NCBI RefSeq assembly: GCF_006345805.1
Contig: NC_042999.1
Location: 11,780,001-11,844,000 of the forward strand
Length of the DNA stretch: 64,000 bases
Source of the DNA: Octopus sinensis
Lineage: Eukaryota
Reading direction: 5' to 3'
Below are positions 56,023 to 64,000 of the stretch, piece after piece; the first letter of the stretch is position 1, and the number at the start of each line of letters is the position of its first letter. A program made the position numbers and the translations under genes. The notes under the pieces are model-generated. The model was not told the origin of the DNA. It saw only the letters and a list, made by a program, of their open reading frames with translations, and searched no databases.

Positions 56023-56847
56023 ATTAATTTATGCCCAAAAGGAATTTCATTTCCATAATTAGAATACAAAACTATATCTGAAATAAATAATCACCTTGGA
56101 CAACCTGGAACTAAGAGCTGATTCGGTTTTGATTCCTTACTGGTACAGTTTTTGTCTTACCTTTTTATACAGGTATCATTGTATTTCGGGACAGTCGTTT
56201 TGTTTTTTTTTTCTTTACCAAATAAACATACGTATTATATATCTGCTCTTCACTCGTTTATAACTGTTCTGATTCTAACTCATGTCCATTATCCCGAAAT
56301 CCTTCGTCACACATCTGTGACCTCCTCAGTGACACCTTCTGAAGACGGAAATGAGTTAGAATAAGAAGAACGAGTGAAGAACGAATGTATAGTGGCACAT
56401 ACCTTTATGTAACCCATCCTACACCATTACTAACTTACCATGGCACAATCCAGTGATTCTCAACCGTTTTTACTCCTGGCCTCCACCCTCATCACATATA
56501 AATTACCCCTTTGCCCTTCCTCTTCATTGATGCTATTTACAAAAAAAGATCCAAAACAAAAATCAAACAATTCCCACCTTTTTTCCCCGTGTTTATTAAT
56601 CGCAGCTGCACCAAGTCAAAACTAATTGTTTGTCATTGCTAACAAAAACACTTATTTGTACGGAGGTAATTAATTGTGTCTTCGCAGACAACATTCTAAC
56701 ATTGTATAATAAAGTTATAAAGAAACCTAAGGGTTGCTACGAATTATTTTAATATGAACTCTACCAAGATGATATATAGAGATTCTTGGAAACGAAATAC
56801 GGAGCAACAACAAAATTAATCTGAAGCTAAACTCTCTTTATTCAAAA

Positions 56848-57242
56848 CTAGCAGAATCATCCGGCGTTGCTCGGGTTTGTTTCGATTCTTTAGAATTGGA
56901 ATTTTTTAAAAGTAAAATTTCACACTCTGTAGCTTGTTATTCTCTTTGAGTGAAGATTTTTCTGGTTGAAATACACTGAAAAATGGCGACAAGGCAGTAA
57001 AAAAATCGTAAAAAATAGGGATTTTCATAGAAAAAAAAGCACCTTTTTGATGTAAATAATGTTTGGTCTTAACATGGTCCACTTTGAATTTTTTTCTTCC
57101 ACGGAAGGAAGAGCAAGCCTTCTTCTATCATACTCTCAATTTTGGTCAACTTGCGCCGCAGGATCTCGGAGGAGATAGTGTTAGTTGAAGGCTACCAAAC
57201 CTGCCATACACAGACAACTTCAGCTTTATATGTATAGAGAGA
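56848..57242 (-). mobile_element. Non-autonomous Helitron
   Basis: On the minus strand: 5' TC start, 3' GC-rich hairpin (ccgagcaacgccgg) ~10 nt before a CTAG end, inserted between A and T, no TSD. Confidence 0.75.
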
Positions 57243-57559
57243 TTAACCACGTTGGATTATGGAAACTTTTTCAATGGCTGGATGTGGCTGTTGTTGAAGA
57301 TCCCATCCCGTGATGTGAGGATAGGAGGCGACATAGTGCGATAGTGAAAATAGGGAGAGTAAAAGTGGTGGTAGTGTCAGTAGATATATTGAAGAAGGTT
57401 GCTGGTGTGAGTAGAGATATTGAAGGAGATGGCGATGGCGGTGTAAGTAGCTATAGCGGACGAGGTGCTGGTAAGAGTAGGGATCTCCAAGGAAGTGGCA
57501 GTGGTGGTGTCAGTAGATATGTTGAAGGTGGTGGTGGTGGTGGGACAAAATTCTTCTTT

Positions 57560-57682
57560 CACCCCCTCCGTTCACGCATGCGCTTCAGCACACTGAACGA
57601 TCGTCTGCTTCATTGAAACTTTGAAAAGATGGACGACGGCGGAAGCGGACGAGAGGAAGAATGAGGAAGTTTAGGGTAAGGT
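57560..57682 (+). promoter_or_regulatory. Candidate promoter / first exon
   Basis: Local CpG cluster in CpG-poor DNA; NRF1-like cgcatgcgc; ETS-like cggaag; donor G|GTAAGG near 57676. Confidence 0.45.
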
Positions 57683-58009
57683 GTCTTCAGAGTTTTATTT
57701 AAATAACCGTATAAAGGTCTGTTAAAACCTTAGTAACGTACTCTAGCAGAATAATGTTGTAGATTATGTAATATCTTATATAAATGATATAATGGCATCT
57801 ATACATGTTTGTCCATCTTTCCACAGGCGTTGACTGATATACATTTTTTATTGCCATTCTTTGTTCCATGGAATAGTTTCTACACTGATTAAGAGGTTGG
57901 GTTTTAAGAACTTGGATTAGTCTCAGCTCTAACCCAGTGTTCGTTTATCATACATTTGTAACAGCATCTTCTCACCCACTGACACACACACACACACACA
58001 CACAATATT

Positions 58010-59170
58010 AGACCTAGAGGTAATGCAACTGGGCTTTGTTTCTAGAAGAAACTGCTATTCCTAGCTTTCATTGATTTGGAGAAAGTATTTGATTAAGTAG
58101 CATGCTCACTGACGAAACTAGGAGCAGATGAATGGCTTGGGAGAATGGTAGAAGCGAAGTACAAGGATGCAGTAAGTAAAGTGAGAGTTGGCAAGGATTT
58201 CAGTGATGAATTTAGTGCGAAGGTCAAAGTTCAGACCTCAATCTTCTCCCATTTATCATAGGGGAGTTTAAAACTGGCTGTCCATAGGAACTCCTATATG
58301 ATGATGATCTTGTTCTTGTAGCTAAATCTTTAGAGGAATTAGAGAAGAAATTCCAGGTATGGAAGCTAAACCTAGAATTGAGAGGCCTTAAGGTAAACCT
58401 AGCAAAGACAAAAGATTTAATAAGTAGGAAAGAATACAGGGCCAAGATAGCTTTGGGCAAATGGCCTTGCTTGATATGTAAAGGAATAGGCATAAACTCC
58501 ATACACTGTACACGATGTAAGCTATGGACACACAAGAGATGTAGTGGAACCACAAGCAGGCTATCTGAGATTGTAAGCTTCTTATGTGGTAGATGCACTG
58601 GGGCAGTATGTAGGGGCACACTGGAAATAGATTCCCTTACATGCTGAGATGGCTCACTAGAAGAAGTTGATAGCTTTTGTTATCTATGAGATGTAATTAG
58701 CAAGGGAGGCTGACTGCTTTGAAAGTATAATAACTAGAGTCAGAAGAGGTTGGAGAAAAGGTTCAGGGAACTATTACTACTGCTAGCATCAATTATCTTT
58801 TCCTTTAGAATGAAAGCTAGACAGTATGATGCTTGCGTTAGAACTATAGTGCTGCATGGTAGTGAGACAGGGGCCTTGAATGCAGAGAACTTGAGAAGAC
58901 TGGAAAGCAATGGAGTAAGCATGCTCCATTGGCTGTGCAGTGTGCATGAAAGACATAGTACAAAGGCACTGGTATGGGCTTTGGATGTATATGGATGAGA
59001 ACATCTGTATGTGGAGGTGCTAGTTGCTTAATAAGGTTGGGACTTGTGAAAGGAGGATACCCAAGAAGACATGGGATGAAGTGATGAAGGCTGACTTAAA
59101 GATCCTGAGCCTCATGGAGGAAATGGCAAAGGACAGGAATGTTTGGCAATATGAGGTTTTCAAAAACACT
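58010..59170 (+). mobile_element. Old RTE copy (RT, PHD-like insert, C-terminus)
   Basis: MQLGFVSRR, ELLYDDDLVL, GLKVNLAKTK, GKWPCLIC..HKRC..CGRC, VLHGSET, PKKTWDEV. Confidence 0.85.
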
Positions 59171-59999
59171 CATCCTCCTCAGTGAAACTGTGTTCAGGAA
59201 ATGCTATTTACATTGACCTCTCCCCTCACATGTTACAATGATTCGCCCTCCCACTCCTACTAAACCAAATTACCTCCCATTATGCCTGCCTTTCCTCACC
59301 CTGGCTCCTGAAGACTACCTGCAACTTGCCCTCCCCACCCTGTTCTCATCTGCATCCCTCTTTCTTCACTAACTCTTGGCTCATTGATCATTCATCTTTC
59401 AACCCTACTCAGTATTCACAGATGCAGTCTGCCTGCCCATTCCTATCATTGCCTATTACCCCACACAATATTGCAAACCATCCACCCACCTACTTCTACT
59501 TACCTTGTGCCATGAGTGCCACCTGGGCACCTCATCTCCACAGTCTATATCTTTGCTGTTTCTACTGATCATTTCACTGTCTCCTCTCCTACTAAATGTG
59601 AGTAGCCATTCAGATCCTTTACAAGAACCTGCTCTGGTCCCACCCTCTCCAGTACTTTATTTTCTCATGTCCTAGCATGGACCTGATTCCCCCCTCCCCT
59701 GCAGTTCGTAGTCCTGCAAACTGCATGGTGACCTCAATAGTGCTGGTAGCACCAAATGCCCTGTAAACGTTGTAAACTTGCTGATGTTAGGAAGAGCATC
59801 CAGTCATAGAAAGCAGACACCAAAGCAGACACTGGAGCACAATGCCATTCTTGGATCCATCGAATTTTGTCAAACCATCTAACCCATGCCGCCAGCATGA
59901 AACATGGCTATTAAATGATAATGATTATTATGATAAGGATAAAGATGACATACACACACACACACACACACACATATATATGTGTGTGTGTATACCAAA

Positions 60000-60965
60000 G
60001 AAGTAAGAAAGCAGACAAATCTCAAGTCTCTTCAGGTAGATGGACCTGCTCGATATGTAAGAAAGGTAGACTTTCTATCATCTGTTGTACCCAGTGCAAG
60101 CTTTGGATACATAAGTGGTGTAACAGTATCACAGGAAGGTTAACAGAGAAAATAGTCTTTGTGTGTGGCAAATGTGCAAATACAATAAGCACTAAAAATG
60201 CACAGACAATAGACTTCCTCAAATGCTTGTGGGAATTCTTAGAAGTAGTAGTAGCTTCTGTTACCTAGGCAACCAAGTTAGCAGTAGAGGAGGAAGTTCT
60301 GAAAGCACAGTTGCTAGGATAAGAACAAGCTGGGTGAAGTTCAGAGAGCTTCTATCTTTGTTGGTAACTAAGAGCTTCTCACTCAGAGTGAAAGGCAGAT
60401 TGTATGGTGCCTGTGTACATGCAGCTATACCACATGGCAGTGAAACATGGGCTTTGACTACAGAGGACTTGCAAATGTTTGAAAAACATGAAGCTAGCAT
60501 GTTCCTATGAATGTCAGTGCACACACACGACAGAGTGTAAATGATTTAAGAGGAAAACTGGGTACAAGAAGCATCAGATGCTGTGTGCAAGAGAGAAGAC
60601 TGCTGCTGGTTTGGTCATATGATGCGTATGGATGAGGACAGCTGCTTAAAGAAATGCTTATCATGAATTGTTTGTGGGAACTTGTGGAAGAGGCAGACCC
60701 AGAAAGATGTTGGACAAAGTGGTGAGGAAGGATCTACAGATGCTGGGCCTCACTGAGGAAATGACAAGGGGCCAGGAGTTGTGGTGATTTGCTGCACTTG
60801 AAAAGACTCATGCACTCATTCTGGTGCCATGTAAAATGCACTCATGCCAGTGCTGTGTAAATACACTTGTGCTGATGGTGCATAAACGCAACTGTGCCAT
60901 AAAAAAAAACACCCAGCATGTTTTATAAAGTGGTTGGCATTAGGAAGGGCATCCAACTATGGAAC
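60000..60965 (+). mobile_element. RTE fragment beginning just before the PHD-like finger
   Basis: SGRWTCSICKKG..CTQCKLWIHKWC..FVCGKC; FCYLGNQ; HGSETWAL; RGRPRK. Confidence 0.85.
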
Positions 60966-60999
60966 CACACACACACACACACACACGCAGAAACATTGG

Positions 61000-62335
61000 A
61001 ATGAAATTTGTTGAGTGCAAATGTGCATTTTTGGTAGTTTAACAGGAAATTTATTCCCTCTTCCAATACATTAAACATGAGTAACCTAGAAATATAGACT
61101 TTGCTCTCTTGGAAAAGCTACAAGTATCTTTGGTCAGGATGAAAATGTCAATAAAGAGAGGATAAGGTATGAGTTCCTTAAAAGAGTTTAAAAAATGTGG
61201 TTATCTTAACTCTCTGCTTACAACAAGCATATCACCAACAACACTTTTGTAATACCTGTTCTTATACCCACATCTGGCCTTCTAAACTGCTCAGGTTAAG
61301 AACTCAGTGAGATAGATGTACAAACTTACAGGCAGCTCTGTGTTACTGGAAACTTCAACATCAATGGAAATGTAGACAGGCTATACTTACCACACAAGGA
61401 TAGTAGCTGCAGCCTTAAATCTGTATTGATGTCATATGAAGCATGGATTGCGACATTGAAGTAGCATCTTCTGCAGAGGAAAGAGGACAGTAACTATCTT
61501 ACCAAAGTTTGCAACCACAAAATCAACAACATGGTTTGGAGAGCTAATGAAACTGAAGAGTGACATGAAATAAGAGCTGGTACAGATTTTTCTCCAAAGA
61601 GAATTGGTAAATTCTATTTATCAAAGAACAAAATAAAAAAATGGTTTAGTTCACTGAGATGGTAGTACATAGGTACTTGGTACAAAAGACAAAAACCATC
61701 AAAGGAATAGATCATATCAAAAGCCAGGCATAGAATACTGGCAAGTTTGTGACATCCCACTTTCAATGCATTTCTCGAACAAGTGATCCCTACCAGTACC
61801 TTGCAGCATCTATCAGTAGAAAACACTGATAGACAAAAAGTAAGACGGAAGACATTAGCCTCATTATTGCCAACTTCAAGAGAATGTCTTCCAGCTATTA
61901 TCTTCCCATAAGCCATGAAGCAATGGCCATAACAATCTGGAGCAGGATAAGAAAAAAGAAGTCACCAATAGATGGAGTTGGTTACATTAAGACAAATGGT
62001 TCAAAAGAATTAAAACAGTCACTAAGTTAAAACACAACCAGTCAAATAGTTGTCTGTCGCGGAAATCAGCTGCCCCCTGGACATCAATATGGTTAAAAAA
62101 GTACAAGAGGATATCTATGGACCATTGATAAGGAGTGTGCAAATCCAGTACCCAAGATACGCTTTCAGTTTCATATCTATTATTATTGGAGCATCAGGAT
62201 ACATACCAACCAATGTGGATCAGAGTATGGATGAACCTGGGTTCTTGGGAAGAGAATGTAAATCCTTAATTCATCTGCTACAACTGATCACGACATCTGG
62301 GACAAAAAGGAATCTGTAAGACGTTATGATTTAAA
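61000..62335 (+). mobile_element. Decayed R4/Dong-clade LINE (RT C-terminus to RLE)
   Basis: ESYKYL, AYNKHITNNTFVIPVL, NVDRLYLP, VAEISCPLDIN..YGPL..IIIGASG. Confidence 0.65.
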
Positions 62336-62424
62336 GGACGATGAGCAAAAAGAAGATGTTTTCATTCAGAGTCAGGTGGCCAATCAAAATGAACTCACAA
62401 TTAAAAAGAGAAAAAGAACAGCTT

Positions 62425-63101
62425 CAAATGTGGAGTGCAAGAAAGAACCTGTGGAAGTGGTAGACCTAGGAAGACATGGGATGGGGTGGTGAAGCATGAC
62501 CTTCAAACATTGGGCCTCACAGAGGCAATGACAGGAGACCGGGACCTTTGAAGATATGCTGTGATTTAGAGGTTCTGGCAGCTAAAGTGAGATCGCAGCC
62601 AAGCATGTCTGGCCCTGTTAAGAATACTCCTGATGCATCAGGTGATATGATATGCTTGAGAAGACCTGTTGAGTCAAGTAAAACCAATATCGTAGCTGTG
62701 GCCAGTTATCCCTGACTGGCTCCCGTGCCAGTGGCATGTAAAAAGCACCATCTGAACGTGGTCGATGCCAGGTCTGCCTGACTGGCTTCCGTGCTGGTGG
62801 CACATAAAAAGCACCAACTGAACGTGGCCGATGCCAGTGCTCCCAGACAGGGTCCCGTGCCGGTGGTATATAAAAAGCACCACCCAAACGTGGTTGATGC
62901 CAGGTCCACCTGACTGGCTCCTGTGCCGGTTGCACATAAAAAGCACTCATTACACTCTTGGTGTTAGGAAGAGCATCCAGCTGTAAAAACATTGCCAGAT
63001 CAGATTGGAGCCTGGTGCAGCTGCTGGCTCTCCAGACCTCAGTCAAACCATCCAAACCATGCCAGCATGGAAAACGGATGTTAAACGATGATGATGATGA
63101 T
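62425..63101 (+). mobile_element. RTE 3' end with ~66-bp internal tandem repeats and (GAT)n tail
   Basis: GRPRKTWD..DLQTLGLTEAMT; four units of gactggctcccgtgcc..aaaaagcacc; tail at ~63087-63101. Confidence 0.85.
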
Positions 63102-63506
63102 ATATATTTTGTGCAGTGTTTTTCCATGGGATGAAGGAGCTAAAGTAGGCACTGCCTTGGGGCAACACATTTTAGTTATACCATTGTAAAGCCTCAATAA
63201 CTGGAGGAGAGTACACTCAGTAAAATTTGTAGTAGTTTTTTTTCTTGGTATTCTCTTACCACCATTGCCACTCAGCTCTCATAAAAAAAAAAAAATACAA
63301 GAATTCAGGTTTGTGTTAGCTCTGAAAGTCAGTGTGTTGATGGATACATACTCTTTGTCATTTAAATGTTATTTCTGAGTATTTAACTTGTTTTGAGATG
63401 AGGATAAGTTTACTCATGAGCTACAGAATTCAACATACTTGAGGCTAGAATAAGTTATTCTACCAAGATAGTATGCATATATAAATGTATATTTGTGTCT
63501 GTGTGT

Positions 63507-63542
<36 letters not shown>

Positions 63543-64000
63543 ATATAGTGATGATATAGTGATGTTTTTTTTTAATACAAGAGCACAAATATGATACACC
63601 CAATTTAAACATTTAAGATTTACAACGATCATTATTTATAACAGATGCGTGTTAAATATAAAATAGATAAGTACATCATCAACCAGCTTACCCAACAAAA
63701 ACATCATACACCAACTTTGTGGTGAGTTTTTTTTCTTGTTTTGTTCTTTTCATAAACAATTTATCCTCAAAACACTTCTTTGGAAACCACTCATTAATAA
63801 CAAACCTAATACAACTTTAAAGATGATGCTAGCAACCAATGTAATCTATCGTTCTTAATGTAGAAGTAACAGTTGTAAAACTGCAGGTTTCAAACTATTA
63901 CACAAACTACACAAACAGCAAAACATTGCCTTTAAACAATGCATCTCTAATATTTTAACTATCACTCCCTTTTCTTACAGGTTAACATGCAGTTTAGGGG

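Overview
AT-rich, repeat-dominated animal genomic DNA. The repeat set (tRNA-derived SINE families, abundant RTE LINEs with (GAT)n tails, very long microsatellites) looks cephalopod, probably octopus; this is an inference. The only well-supported host coding sequence is a terminal exon at 7074-8335 (+) encoding a Myb/SANT-like (trihelix) DNA-binding protein. A possible promoter/first exon lies near 57.6 kb. The rest is mostly decayed mobile DNA: RTE, Tx1, R4/Dong and CR1 LINEs, a Gypsy remnant, two mariners, a Merlin-type MITE, a Helitron and SINEs. Most notable are (1) an ~8.1-kb, 21-bp-unit satellite expanded inside the tRNA-like head of one SINE, with higher-order structure; (2) a C4HC3 PHD-like finger inside the RT domain of the dominant RTE family; (3) a tandem 228-bp repeat carrying a variant hammerhead-ribozyme-like motif; and (4) LINE fragments abutting the microsatellites their clades are known to target. 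There is no CRISPR or prokaryotic system. All calls come from reading motifs by eye; boundaries of decayed elements are approximate and novelty could not be checked against databases.
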